Under the pieces are notes generated by a model that was not told where the DNA came from, ran no database searches, and saw only the letters and a list, made by a program, of their open reading frames with translations. Positions 41,041 to 50,656 of a DNA stretch of 64,000 bases are shown piece after piece. Source of the stretch: Clostridia bacterium. GTDB taxonomy: Bacteria; Bacillota; Clostridia; Christensenellales; CAG-917. Positions within the stretch are counted from its first letter, which is position 1. Every line of letters starts with the position of its first letter. Where the stretch lies: NCBI GenBank assembly GCA_028710495.1, contig JAQUST010000002.1:33577-97576 (forward strand), read 5' to 3'. A program made the translations under genes and the position numbers.

Positions 41041-41991
41041 CTAGCCGCCTATTCTTGTCATATTCCTTTGTTGCCGTTCTCCACTTCCTATATTGTGGCA
41101 TAACGGTTTCTTTGCGACACATTCAATTATATATTCTTTCAGCTTTTGGAAATTGCTCAAATATGGTCTCAAATCATACTCTTTGTTTTCGTGCAAACAA
41201 TTGAGCATTTTGCCGTCCGCCGTTATTCGCACTCGATTGCAATAAGCGCAGAATTTACGTGATACAGCACTTATAAACCCCAGCTCACTTCCATCTGGGA
41301 GTTTGAAATACACCGCATTTGTGCTCCCCTCATTCCCCAATTCTTGAAACTCGGGATGATTGCTTAAAACTTCATTGAGAGAAATTAAATGCGAGTCCGC
41401 AAAATGCGTCTGACACTCAAAAGGCATAAGTTCTATGAAGCGCACTGACACATTTTCCTCTTGTCCAAATTTTGCAAAATCCAAAATTTCGTCATCATTT
41501 ATGCCGCGCATAAGAACCGCATTTATTTTTATTTTTCGCATCCCTACATCTTTGGCTGCTTGTAGTCCATCAAGAGCATCTTGAAGCTTTCCTCCTCTTG
41601 TTATCTGGCTGTACCGCGCGGCATTTAAACTGTCGATACTTATATTCACGCTGTCGACACCCGCTTTTGCAAGTCTTCCAGCAAATTCGGGCAACAAAGC
41701 TCCGTTTGTGGTCAACGCAATATTTTTTATCGCTGGAATGTTTGCAGTTTCTTCTATAAGTGAAATAGCGCCTTTTTTTACAAGCGGTTCGCCTCCAGTA
41801 AAACGAATTTTAGAAACGCCAAGCTCTGACAGCGCGCATATGATTATCGAGAATTCCTCCAGTTTGAGCATTTGTTCGTGCGGTTTCTTTTCGACACCGC
41901 ACTCGCTCATACAATATATACACCGATAATTGCAAAGATCGGTAAGCGAAATGCGGGCATAGTTTATTTCTCTGCCGTAACTGTCTTTCAT
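41041..41991 (-). CDS. moaA: GTP 3',8-cyclase (radical SAM)
   Basis: CNYRCIYCM radical-SAM cluster motif, a C-terminal CxxCxxxR...C cluster (FCAYCNRVRITADGKMLNC) and FTGGEPL. Confidence 0.9.
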   Translation of the reverse strand: MKDSYGREINYARISLTDLCNYRCIYCMSECGVEKKPHEQMLKLEEFSIIICALSELGVSKIRFTGGEPLVKKGAISLIEETANIPAIKNIALTTNGALLPEFAGRLAKAGVDSVNISIDSLNAARYSQITRGGKLQDALDGLQAAKDVGMRKIKINAVLMRGINDDEILDFAKFGQEENVSVRFIELMPFECQTHFADSHLISLNEVLSNHPEFQELGNEGSTNAVYFKLPDGSELGFISAVSRKFCAYCNRVRITADGKMLNCLHENKEYDLRPYLSNFQKLKEYIIECVAKKPLCHNIGSGERQQRNMTRIGG

Positions 41992-43868
41992 TCCACTACC
42001 TCAACTGAACCGATGTTTTCAAAGGTGTATCCGCCGATATTCTCTACCTGTTCTTTGAAAGATTTGGATTTCAAAACTTCAATAAAATTCTTTACACGCA
42101 CATCATCCAACATAGTTTTTGGAAGCAAGAAATCATAACTTTCATTCCCTATTGAAATGAAATCCAAATCCATTATATTTGCCGCGGACAACACCGCAAG
42201 TCCGCAATCACACACTCCGCTTTTCACAGCAGTTGCGACCGCAAGATGCGTGGTGAATTCCTTGTCATAACCTTTTATTTCATCCTTTTCAATTCCTTCT
42301 TTTTGAAGCAGAAAATCAAACAGCAATCTTGTTCCTGCCCCGTTTTGGCGATTCGCAAAACTAAATTTTCCACCTTTAAGTTGTGAAATTGAACTTATGT
42401 TCTTTGGATTATTTTTCGGCACAACAATACCTTGCACTCGCCCAAGTCCTTTGATTAGTGCCATTGTTCCGCTTTCAAAATACTGCTTTACAAACGGAAT
42501 ATTGTAGACTCCGCTCTCAGCATGGAGCAAGTGAATTGGCGCAATATGCGCTGCTCCTCGGCGCAAAGCCATAATCCCCGAGAGACTACCCACATGAGCT
42601 GAAGAAACGGCAATTTTGTCAGAAATCAAATCAATAATAGGGTCATGACTTCCCACAATAACAAGCGACCGACGGATTTCTGCGAGCGGTTTGAAAAGTT
42701 CAACCTCAACTTCTTCGCCAACTTCTATGCCTTCACTATTTCGCTCGATAGTCAAAAGTCCATCTGCTTTTATCATACTCATAACAGCCGCCGCACCTCT
42801 TTCAAGCGGAGAAGCAACAATCTTTCCACCCACGTCTCCAAGCGCAACACGCACAAATTCTTTATTCTTGAAAGTAGAAGTCAAGCGTTTTGTGAGCGTA
42901 GCTTTGACAGTTTGGCGTGCTTCACTTGTTTGCCCTGTCATTTTTTCGACAACCGCTTTTACGACCTTATCAAAAACTATATATGCTGAGACAGGATATC
43001 CAGGAACACCAATAACAGGCTTTTCTTTTATAAATCCAAGTATAGTAGGCTTGCCTGGCTTAATTGCCAAACCGTGCGTTTTTACCTCTCCTAGCTTTGC
43101 TATTGTTTGTGCAGTGAAATCCTTTGTTCCTGCTGATGAGCCCGCATTGATTATCACAATATCATTTTCAATCGTGGCAGTTTTTATCGTGTCTTCAAGC
43201 AACTGCTCCTCATCTTTCACAATAGCAAAGCGATTTGGAATTCCACCATACTCCGTTACAAGCGCAGAAAAAACACGAGTGTTGCTTTCCATAAGTTTGC
43301 CTTCTTCAAGTTCACTTTGGTGCTCCACCATTTCGTTTCCTGTTGGCAAAATCGCAACTCTTGGCATTTTGAAAACCGATACAGTTTCATTCCCCGATGC
43401 TAAAATTGCCCCCAAATCTATTGGACGGATTTTGCGGTGCGATGGCAATATCATTTCTGTTGCAACAACGCTTTCACCAACAACACGAATCTGCTGCCAA
43501 GGACGCGACGGAGCAATAATTTGAATTTCGTTGTCATTCAAAACAATGACATCTTCAATCATTATTACGCTGTCAAAACTCGGTGCAATAACTCCGCCAG
43601 TATTGACATATTCATACTGCTCCTTTTTCAAAGTTAGCGGTGTGGTTTCACTTGCTGACAATGTTGACTCGGAAAAGACCGCAACACCATCCATAGCTGA
43701 AGCGTTATAAGTCGGGTCACAGCAAAAAGCAAAAACCGCTTTTGCAGTAATCCTGCCTGTCGAATTTATCGTTGGTATTTCTTCACAATCCATTGAATGA
43801 ATGTTTGCTAAATAATTTTTAAGTGATTCTTCAAAATCATTATTTTCTATATAAGTGTTTCTTTCCAT
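41988..43868 (-). CDS. MoeA-type molybdopterin metal-insertase fused to a C-terminal periplasmic-binding-protein-like (oxyanion-binding) domain
   Basis: The N-terminal ~400 aa are MoeA-like (AMDGVAV, INAGSSAGTKDF, HGLAIKPGKPT). The C-terminal ~220 aa have a PBP-like fold pattern (LVIVGSHDPIIDLI...NRQNGAGTR...GLAVLSAA). Its stop overlaps the moaA start. Confidence 0.8.
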   Translation of the reverse strand: MERNTYIENNDFEESLKNYLANIHSMDCEEIPTINSTGRITAKAVFAFCCDPTYNASAMDGVAVFSESTLSASETTPLTLKKEQYEYVNTGGVIAPSFDSVIMIEDVIVLNDNEIQIIAPSRPWQQIRVVGESVVATEMILPSHRKIRPIDLGAILASGNETVSVFKMPRVAILPTGNEMVEHQSELEEGKLMESNTRVFSALVTEYGGIPNRFAIVKDEEQLLEDTIKTATIENDIVIINAGSSAGTKDFTAQTIAKLGEVKTHGLAIKPGKPTILGFIKEKPVIGVPGYPVSAYIVFDKVVKAVVEKMTGQTSEARQTVKATLTKRLTSTFKNKEFVRVALGDVGGKIVASPLERGAAAVMSMIKADGLLTIERNSEGIEVGEEVEVELFKPLAEIRRSLVIVGSHDPIIDLISDKIAVSSAHVGSLSGIMALRRGAAHIAPIHLLHAESGVYNIPFVKQYFESGTMALIKGLGRVQGIVVPKNNPKNISSISQLKGGKFSFANRQNGAGTRLLFDFLLQKEGIEKDEIKGYDKEFTTHLAVATAVKSGVCDCGLAVLSAANIMDLDFISIGNESYDFLLPKTMLDDVRVKNFIEVLKSKSFKEQVENIGGYTFENIGSVEVVE

Positions 43869-43919
43869 ATACCGTTTGTCAACTTGTCTGACAATATAGC
43901 GTCAGCCAATCTACGCAAA

Positions 43920-45134
43920 TTATAGCGCAAAAACTTTGACTTTTTCCCCCTTATTTATTCCTTCACAGTTATCAGGCAAAACTATATATCCATCTGCTTT
44001 TGAAAGTTGGGCAAGGTGTGCTGATTTCAAAAATACAGGTTCAGCCAAAATTTCATTTTCATTTTCTAACAATGAAACGGGCTGTATTACAGTTCTTCCC
44101 GGTGTTGACGGAAAATTAGACGAAGTAGTTGCAAAGCATATTGATTTCCTATCACAACCTAAAACAGAAAAAATCGAATTTTCAATCAAAACTTTGTAAG
44201 TCAATGCCGCGGCAAGCGGATGCCCTGCCAAACCAATCACCAGTGAATTTTTTATCTTCGCAATCATTGTCGGCTTGCCGGGTTTGAGCGCAATTCCATG
44301 AACAAGAATTTCTCCAAGTTCACTCAAAACTGCTTCAGTGAAGTCACGAGCGCCAACTGAACTTCCACCTGAAATAAGCACCATATCTGCAAGTTCAACA
44401 GCATTTTTTACTGCGCTAAAAAGTTGCACTTTGTCATCTTTGACACGCGATATTGAAACCACTTCAAGTTCACTGTTTTGACACAATAAAGGGATTATTG
44501 TGCTATTTATATCTCTAATCTTACCGTTTTGCGCAATTTCATCAATTCCCACAAGTTCATCACCTGTTGAAATCACTGCTACTTTCGGATGCGAATATAC
44601 TTTAATTTTCGAAACTCCTACGCCCGCCAAAACGCCAAGTTTTAGTGCCGTAATCTTTTCACCCTTAGACAATACTTTTTCGCCTTCCTGAATATCTTCT
44701 CCACGCAACAGCATGTTTTCACGCACTTTTGCCGATTGATAAATTGCAATACTTTCGTTCATTCTTTCGGTATGTTCAATCATAACAACAGCATTTGCGC
44801 CCTCTGGAACAACTGCTCCTGTCGCAATCTCAATTGCCTCACCGCGCATTAGTTTTTGTGTTGGCATTTCGCCCATTCTTACTGAGCCTACCACTTTCAA
44901 TATTGAGGGAACACTTTCACTGGCACAATATACTTCCTGCGCACAAACTGCATATCCGTCCACAGTAGAACGATTGAACGGTGGCAATTCTTCAAGAGAA
45001 AAGACATCCTCATATGCAATTTGATTTAGTGCTTTTTCAAGGCTTACAAAATCTCCCGACAAAACTTTTTGCGGGAGATTGTCTTTCACAACTTTCGTTG
45101 CTTCTTCAAGTGTTTTGACTTTAAAAAAATTCAT
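43920..45134 (-). CDS. moeA: Molybdopterin molybdo/tungsto-transferase
   Basis: STVDGYAV, ISTGDEL, ISGGSSVGARDF and HGIALKPGKPT motifs. 404 aa, the canonical MoeA length. Confidence 0.85.
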   Translation of the reverse strand: MNFFKVKTLEEATKVVKDNLPQKVLSGDFVSLEKALNQIAYEDVFSLEELPPFNRSTVDGYAVCAQEVYCASESVPSILKVVGSVRMGEMPTQKLMRGEAIEIATGAVVPEGANAVVMIEHTERMNESIAIYQSAKVRENMLLRGEDIQEGEKVLSKGEKITALKLGVLAGVGVSKIKVYSHPKVAVISTGDELVGIDEIAQNGKIRDINSTIIPLLCQNSELEVVSISRVKDDKVQLFSAVKNAVELADMVLISGGSSVGARDFTEAVLSELGEILVHGIALKPGKPTMIAKIKNSLVIGLAGHPLAAALTYKVLIENSIFSVLGCDRKSICFATTSSNFPSTPGRTVIQPVSLLENENEILAEPVFLKSAHLAQLSKADGYIVLPDNCEGINKGEKVKVFAL

Positions 45135-45238
45135 TTTTACCTTTATTTCAAAATTCTAATTTCTTTGTTAGATTTCTAATCATTCAATACAAATATTTTG
45201 AAACCACAACAGAAAATATCTTTTGAAAATTTATATTG

Positions 45239-45733
45239 CTATACTCTTGCGCATTCACTAGCTTCGCCGAGCAAAATATCAAGACCGTGTTTGACAGCAT
45301 CAAGAATTATATCAAGTGCTTCACGGACTGCCTTTTCAGAACCTGGCAAATTTATGATAAGAGAATTCTTTCTCAAGCCCGCGACTGCTCTCGATAGCAT
45401 AGCGCGATTTGTAAATTCCAAACTTTTTGCGCGTATCGCCTCAGCTATTCCTTGTGCTTCTCTCTCGATAACTGCTTTTGTCGCTTCAGGAGTGACATCA
45501 CGCTGAGAAAATCCTGTGCCTCCTGTTGTCAGCACAAGCGGAACTTCCAACTCATCTGTGAAATAAAGTATTGCATTTTTGAGCCTGTCAAATTCATCAG
45601 GCACTATCACAATCTCTGCGACATCAAAGCCTGCGTTGGAAACTACTTGAGCTATTGCCTTGCCACTTTTGTCTTCACGCAATCCTTCGTAACATTTGTC
45701 ACTTGCCACAATAATTCCAACTTTTCTCATCAT
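45239..45733 (-). CDS. mog: MogA/MoaB-family molybdopterin adenylyltransferase
   Basis: VGIIVASD, TTGGTGFSQRDVTPEAT and LPGSEKAV motifs. Confidence 0.85.
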   Translation of the reverse strand: MMRKVGIIVASDKCYEGLREDKSGKAIAQVVSNAGFDVAEIVIVPDEFDRLKNAILYFTDELEVPLVLTTGGTGFSQRDVTPEATKAVIEREAQGIAEAIRAKSLEFTNRAMLSRAVAGLRKNSLIINLPGSEKAVREALDIILDAVKHGLDILLGEASECARV

Positions 45734-46356
45734 AGCTCCAGTATTTTGACCATCATACTTTCAAGGTCAATCAAAACAATTTTATTTCGAAATTCTTCCG
45801 CGATTCCACACATTGCTTTGATTGCCAAAGCAGATTGAATTGAAGCCACGGTTGCCACGGCATAACTGATTGTATCATGTGGAGTTTCAACAGCTTTTGA
45901 AAACAGTCTTTCAAAGCTGTCTTCTTCGGGAAAACAAATCAGTGCTTGTCCTTGTTCGCCTTCCACTGCAGCAGAAACCAAAATTTTCCCTCTTTTTTTA
46001 CATTCAATTGACATAAATTCTCGAGTCGAAAGATTGTCAACACAGTCCAAAACTATGTCAGTTTCTTCAATCAAATTTGCATTATCTTTGGTCAAAAACT
46101 GATTGAAAAATTTGACATTAGCCACGCTTGTTTTCTTTAACCTTTTCGCATAAACTTCTGCTTTCATTTTGCCTAGCGTATCGAAATCAGCAAGAAGTTG
46201 ACGGTTCATATTTGATTGACTAAAGCTGTCGCCATCCAATAAAATTAGTTTTCCAATTCCAGCCCGCGATAACTCTTCGATGACATAGCCACCAAGTCCG
46301 CCACAACCCACAACAAGTGCGGTTTTATTTTTTAGTTCTGGATTTTTATAAATCAT
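45730..46356 (-). CDS. ThiF/MoeB/HesA-family E1-like adenylyltransferase (short, 208 aa)
   Basis: VVGCGGLGG nucleotide loop, LLDGDSFSQSNMNRQ and DCVDN motifs. It follows a MoaD/ThiS-like GG protein. No rhodanese or Zn-ribbon extension. Confidence 0.75.
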   Translation of the reverse strand: MIYKNPELKNKTALVVGCGGLGGYVIEELSRAGIGKLILLDGDSFSQSNMNRQLLADFDTLGKMKAEVYAKRLKKTSVANVKFFNQFLTKDNANLIEETDIVLDCVDNLSTREFMSIECKKRGKILVSAAVEGEQGQALICFPEEDSFERLFSKAVETPHDTISYAVATVASIQSALAIKAMCGIAEEFRNKIVLIDLESMMVKILEL

Positions 46357-46445
46357 TTTGTCCCTCTGGTTTTCAACTCTTCCACAACTATAAGCTTTCT
46401 AGCCTTCTAAGCAGTAGGCAAGAATATAATTATCACAATCGTTTT

Positions 46446-46522
46446 GTCTAGTTTTTGACTCTTTACATCAGTCTATCAACTTTTTGACTTTGTCTATCAA
46501 CGCATTGCCTCAGTCTATCAAC
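46446..46522. repeat. Four ~21-bp direct repeats with GTCTA(TCAAC) cores between moaD-like and thiF-like genes
   Basis: gtctatcaac occurs at 46471, 46492 and 46513, with a shorter gtcta at 46446. tttttgact occurs at 46452 and 46481. Confidence 0.6.
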
Positions 46523-46541
46523 TCTTCAAAATTTCAGCTTT

Positions 46542-46787
46542 CTAGCCTCCTGATGCAGGGGACAATAACATAATTTTGTCACCATCGCTCAATTTTGTGC
46601 GCCACATCTTAAGTTTGTTTATGTTGACTTCATTGACATAAACAAGAAACTGCTTAACATCCTTGACTTCAACTCCAAATTCTTTCGAAATAATCTGCAA
46701 AAGAGTTTTTATATCAGAGCAATCTGCTTCCATTTCTTTTTTTTCAAATTTCACTCTAGCTGAGCCAAAAAATTTCACATAAACCAT
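46542..46787 (-). CDS. moaD: MoaD/ThiS-family sulfur-carrier protein (C-terminal Gly-Gly)
   Basis: The protein ends in ...LLSPASGG. The probable start is the ATG at 46787 (MVYVKFFG), 1 nt after the aor stop, with GGAGGAA 5 nt upstream. Confidence 0.75.
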   Translation of the reverse strand: MVYVKFFGSARVKFEKKEMEADCSDIKTLLQIISKEFGVEVKDVKQFLVYVNEVNINKLKMWRTKLSDGDKIMLLSPASGG

Positions 46788-46788
46788 A

Positions 46789-48693
46789 TTATTCCTCCGC
46801 AATCTTCAAACGCTTGAGCAGACTTTTTTTCGGTATACCGTTTTGATCCCAGCAACGGTTTTTATAGTATGCTTTTTTGAGTTTATCAAGCGGCACTTTT
46901 GATTTTGGATTTCCTACAATCTGAAGTTCTTCAGTTAGACGAGCAGGAAGCTCATCATCAGCCGCCGACACGCCTAAGTGAACATCAATCATTCTTTCAA
47001 GATTGTATCCTCTCTCTCCAATGCGAATAAACTTGCCAAAATTCAACTTCATCCCTGTTGCTGCAGACAACGCCTTTGGATGTGGCAACATATTTGCTGG
47101 CATATTGATTGCAATCAAAGTTGGAAAACGCAAAATAAATCTAACAGGCAAACCGAAACCAGTTGCGAATTTGTTTACCACTCGAGTAATAAGACTGTTT
47201 GGTTTGCTAAGCAAAATCATCGGAAAGAAAGCATAGGTTGTGAACAAACAATTTCCGCCTGCCGAGCACGCTTCCATCAAATCCTGAAATAGCGCAGTCA
47301 TCCCGGCTTTTGCTCCTGTCGAATATGGATTGATTGAAAGTCCCAATCCCTCCATGACCACCATATACCCACCGTTAAGGTGACATCCACCGCGGTTTGA
47401 AACTGCATAACCCAAACCTTGTCCAATTGCGCCACGGGGTTCATATGCCGCAAGTTCCATACCCTTTACATTCATCGCGAATTCTACTCCGCCATATTTT
47501 TCCGATAATTTTTTTGATCCTTCTGCCAACTCATCGCCTATCCCTTTACGGTGTGCTATGTCATCGATTATTTGGTCTATGTTATCGATTTTCCCAAACT
47601 TTAGACCATTGTTCCACATCCCTTTTTCGTTGAGTTCCATTGCAAAAGAAAGCGTGTTTCCGCAAGATATAGTGTCAAGTCCAAGCTCATCCATTTCGTT
47701 GTTCCAGTCCAATATCTTCTGCAAGTCATTGTTTAGTATATTTGAGCCAAAAAGCCCTATAGTCTCAACTTCCGGGCCTTTCACATCCTTGCCGTTGACT
47801 TTGACAACACGCCCGCATTGTATCGGACAAGTGACGCAACCCTTGTTTTTGACAAGAAAGTCATCTCTGAGAGTTTCACCGGATATTGCCTCAAAATCTT
47901 CATATTTCCCACTGCGGTAGTTGTTTGTTGCAAGAAGATTTTTTGCGTGCATAGGAGTAACAAGTCCGGCAGTTCCAAGAGCCGGCAACTGAACACCCGT
48001 TGTTGGATGCGCTCGCAATCTTCCTGTCCATGCTTTGCTGATTTCCATCAAAGCTTCTTTGTTTTTTGCTGCTGGTCCTTTTAAGCCTGATGCAAATAAG
48101 CCTTTAAGATTTTTAGAACCGAACACCGCGCCAACACCGCCACGACCTGCAGAGCGCTCTTCGCTTACAACGCAAGCATATCGCACTAAGTTTTCTCCAG
48201 CAGGACCTATCACAAACTTGCCGCCCTTGCCTTCCATACGTTCTTGCGCTTCACCGGTCTTAAGTCCCCAAAGGTGATCAGCATTTTTGAATTCTATTCC
48301 TTTATCAGTTATGCTAATATAAGTATGTTCTTCTGCTTTGCCCGTTATTATTATAGCGTCATAACCCGCACGCTTTAGATTCAATCCGAAATTTCCGCCA
48401 CAATTTGACGACGTATAATAGCCGGTGAGCGGTGAAATTGTTGAAACATTAAACCGCGATGAGCAAGGTGAACCCATTGCATTCATAGGACAAGTAGTGA
48501 CAACAATCATATTTTCAGGTGACAGCGGGTCAATTTTTGTCTTTATATTGTCATAGACAATTTTGGCAGCCATAATTTTCCCGCCCAAAAACAATTCTCT
48601 TTCTTTATCCGAAAATTCATAGCCTGTGATTTCTTTTGTAGTAAGATCAATATTCACAACTTTGCCTGTGTAAGCGCCATAATTTGTATCCAT
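46789..48693 (-). CDS. aor: Tungsten-type aldehyde:ferredoxin oxidoreductase
   Basis: A 634-aa protein. AOR N-domain (GKVVNIDLTTKEI...LGGKIMAAKI), 4Fe-4S Cys ligands (GCVTCPIQCGR) and a C-terminal pterin-binding region (GGCHLNG). Confidence 0.9.
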   Translation of the reverse strand: MDTNYGAYTGKVVNIDLTTKEITGYEFSDKERELFLGGKIMAAKIVYDNIKTKIDPLSPENMIVVTTCPMNAMGSPCSSRFNVSTISPLTGYYTSSNCGGNFGLNLKRAGYDAIIITGKAEEHTYISITDKGIEFKNADHLWGLKTGEAQERMEGKGGKFVIGPAGENLVRYACVVSEERSAGRGGVGAVFGSKNLKGLFASGLKGPAAKNKEALMEISKAWTGRLRAHPTTGVQLPALGTAGLVTPMHAKNLLATNNYRSGKYEDFEAISGETLRDDFLVKNKGCVTCPIQCGRVVKVNGKDVKGPEVETIGLFGSNILNNDLQKILDWNNEMDELGLDTISCGNTLSFAMELNEKGMWNNGLKFGKIDNIDQIIDDIAHRKGIGDELAEGSKKLSEKYGGVEFAMNVKGMELAAYEPRGAIGQGLGYAVSNRGGCHLNGGYMVVMEGLGLSINPYSTGAKAGMTALFQDLMEACSAGGNCLFTTYAFFPMILLSKPNSLITRVVNKFATGFGLPVRFILRFPTLIAINMPANMLPHPKALSAATGMKLNFGKFIRIGERGYNLERMIDVHLGVSAADDELPARLTEELQIVGNPKSKVPLDKLKKAYYKNRCWDQNGIPKKSLLKRLKIAEE

Positions 48694-48789
48694 AGTTCCC
48701 CCCTACCGATTTATTTTAAATATTTTTTGTCCTTTTATATTTTTGTATTTTATCTCTACTTATTCTATTTTAATTCTACTTTCTAAAAA

Positions 48790-48818
48790 ATTATAACATT
48801 AAATTTTAATGTTTTCAA
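48790..48818 (-). promoter_or_regulatory. Putative sigma-A promoter of the aor-moco operon
   Basis: On the minus strand: TTGAAA, a 17-nt spacer, then TATAAT, about 95 nt upstream of the aor ATG. Confidence 0.35.
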
Positions 48819-48862
48819 TATATAAATAATAATTAATTTGTTGACTATATGAAAAATCATAG

Positions 48863-48891
48863 TTTACAAATTTATCACTTCATAGTATAAT
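48863..48891 (+). promoter_or_regulatory. Putative sigma-A promoter of the riboswitch-tupABC transcript
   Basis: TTTACA, a 17-nt spacer, then TATAAT, immediately upstream of the Moco-type RNA element. Confidence 0.45.
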
Positions 48892-48904
48892 CTAGCTATC
48901 ACAA

Positions 48905-48996
48905 AATTCCGATTTCCATTGACCTAAGGCTAACGCTAAGGCTTGGAAACGATGGGTATAGCGGGAAACGGCTGTGCCTCCCATATGGAAAGGAGA
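48905..48996 (+). promoter_or_regulatory. Moco/Tuco (molybdenum/tungsten cofactor) riboswitch controlling tupA translation
   Basis: The 3' block GCGGGAAACGGCUGUGCCUCCCAUAUGGAAAGGAG closely parallels the E. coli moaA element as I recall it (...GCCUCCCGUAUCUGGAAAGGUG). P1 is UUUCCAU (48913-19) paired with AUGGAAA (48985-91). It can be extended by UUCC (48907-10) pairing with the SD GGAG (48992-95). Confidence 0.7.
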
Positions 48997-49000
48997 AATT

Positions 49001-49969
49001 ATGAAAAAAAGACTTTTAACACTTGTGCTGGCATTAGTGCTGGTACTATCTCTCAGCATTTGCTTTGTTGCGTGTGATAATACGCAGACAGGCGATGTCA
49101 AAATCCGTATTTCCACAACAACATCAGTAAATGATTCTGGACTTATGGAATATCTAACACCTTATTTTGAGGCGGACAATCAAGGATACAAACTTGAAAT
49201 TTCATCTGCTGGCACAGGTGCAGCAATCAATTCTGCAAAATACGGCAATGCTGACCTCATTTTGGTTCATTCCAAATCACAAGAGGACGCTTTTGTTGCT
49301 GAAAATTATGCACGCATAGTTGGAAACTTTGCAGCCGAGCGCATTTCATTTATGTACAACTATTTCGTTATTGTCGGCCCGACAACTGAACCTGCGACTG
49401 AACCCCAAACTGATCCTGCAGGTGTTTTGAATTGTGAAGATGCCTCAGAAGCATTTGCGGCAATCGCAAGTTCCCAAAGCGAATTCATATCTCGCGGCGA
49501 CAATAGCGGCACACATACAAAAGAAGTAAGCTTATGGCCAACAGAACTTGGCATAACAAAAGATACTGATACATTACCATCAGGAGTTACAAGCTGGTAT
49601 ACTTCGGCAGGACAAGGAATGGGCGCGTGCCTCACAATGGCTAATGAAAACAACGCATATGTTTTGACTGACAAAGCAACATTTCTTTCATACAAAAATG
49701 ACCCGACAGGAGACAAACTCCCGAATCTTACACTTTTGATGGAAAATTCAGCTAATCTGCAAAATACATATTCAATGATAGCAGTGAACAATGATGCTCC
49801 GTTTATTAGCAGTACAACAGGCGAAGCTCTGCCAGCAGGAACTGTTAGTATCAATGAAGCAGCTGCAGATATCTTTATCAACTGGATGAATGGGGAACAT
49901 GCAAGCGCGCTTATCAATTTCTACGGTACATCGAGTTATGGCGCTCCACTGTTCTATTTGATGGGCTAA
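49001..49969 (+). CDS. tupA: Tungstate ABC transporter substrate-binding lipoprotein
   Basis: Lipobox (CFVAC), the TTTS anion-binding motif (RISTTTSVNDSGL) typical of TupA, and SRGDNSGTH. The start is the ATG at 49001, after AGGAG. Confidence 0.8.
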   Translation: MKKRLLTLVLALVLVLSLSICFVACDNTQTGDVKIRISTTTSVNDSGLMEYLTPYFEADNQGYKLEISSAGTGAAINSAKYGNADLILVHSKSQEDAFVAENYARIVGNFAAERISFMYNYFVIVGPTTEPATEPQTDPAGVLNCEDASEAFAAIASSQSEFISRGDNSGTHTKEVSLWPTELGITKDTDTLPSGVTSWYTSAGQGMGACLTMANENNAYVLTDKATFLSYKNDPTGDKLPNLTLLMENSANLQNTYSMIAVNNDAPFISSTTGEALPAGTVSINEAAADIFINWMNGEHASALINFYGTSSYGAPLFYLMG

Positions 49970-49972
49970 TTC

Positions 49973-50656
49973 ATGTTGCAAGCATTTCAACAAGCGTTTG
50001 AAATGATGATAAGCGGCAATGCACTACTTCGCGAGATTGTCGCAACCACCCTTCAAATGGCATTTTCAAGCTCACTTTTGGCACTCCTTATCGGGGTGCC
50101 AATTGGAGTTTTGGTTGCCAACTCCAACTTCCACGGGAAAAAAATAATTGTAGTTTTGATGCGAACACTTATGGGATTGCCTCCCGTTGTTGTTGGTATT
50201 GTAATTTTCGTGCTTTTTTCCGGCACTGGCCCATTCGGTTCGCTAAGGCTAATATATTCCGTAGACCTAATGATTATCGCACAAGTTTGTCTCATTTTTC
50301 CGATTGTCGCAGGAATGACAGAAACTTTTGTATCATCAATCTCATCACCAATTTTGGAAACTGCCAAAGGACTTGGCATTGGCAAATTAAAAACAAATTT
50401 TCTAACACTCAATGAAAGCAAATATCAAATTGTGGCAATCTATCTATTTGCATTTGCACGCGCAATCTCTGAAGTTGGCGCAGTTCAAATCGTCGGCGGA
50501 AATATACTTCACAAAACAAGAGTTATGACCACAACAATCGCCCTGAACTACAACACAGGACAATTTACATATGCTATCGCGCTTGGAATAATTCTATTGC
50601 TTATAGCTCTTGGCGTAAACCTTATAGCAAGCTTGTTACAAAGGAGGACAAAATGA
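49973..50656 (+). CDS. tupB: Tungstate ABC transporter permease
   Basis: A 227-aa protein with 5-6 TM segments and an EAA-like loop (ETAKGLGIGKLKTNFLTL). It sits between tupA and the ATPase. Confidence 0.8.
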   Translation: MLQAFQQAFEMMISGNALLREIVATTLQMAFSSSLLALLIGVPIGVLVANSNFHGKKIIVVLMRTLMGLPPVVVGIVIFVLFSGTGPFGSLRLIYSVDLMIIAQVCLIFPIVAGMTETFVSSISSPILETAKGLGIGKLKTNFLTLNESKYQIVAIYLFAFARAISEVGAVQIVGGNILHKTRVMTTTIALNYNTGQFTYAIALGIILLLIALGVNLIASLLQRRTK

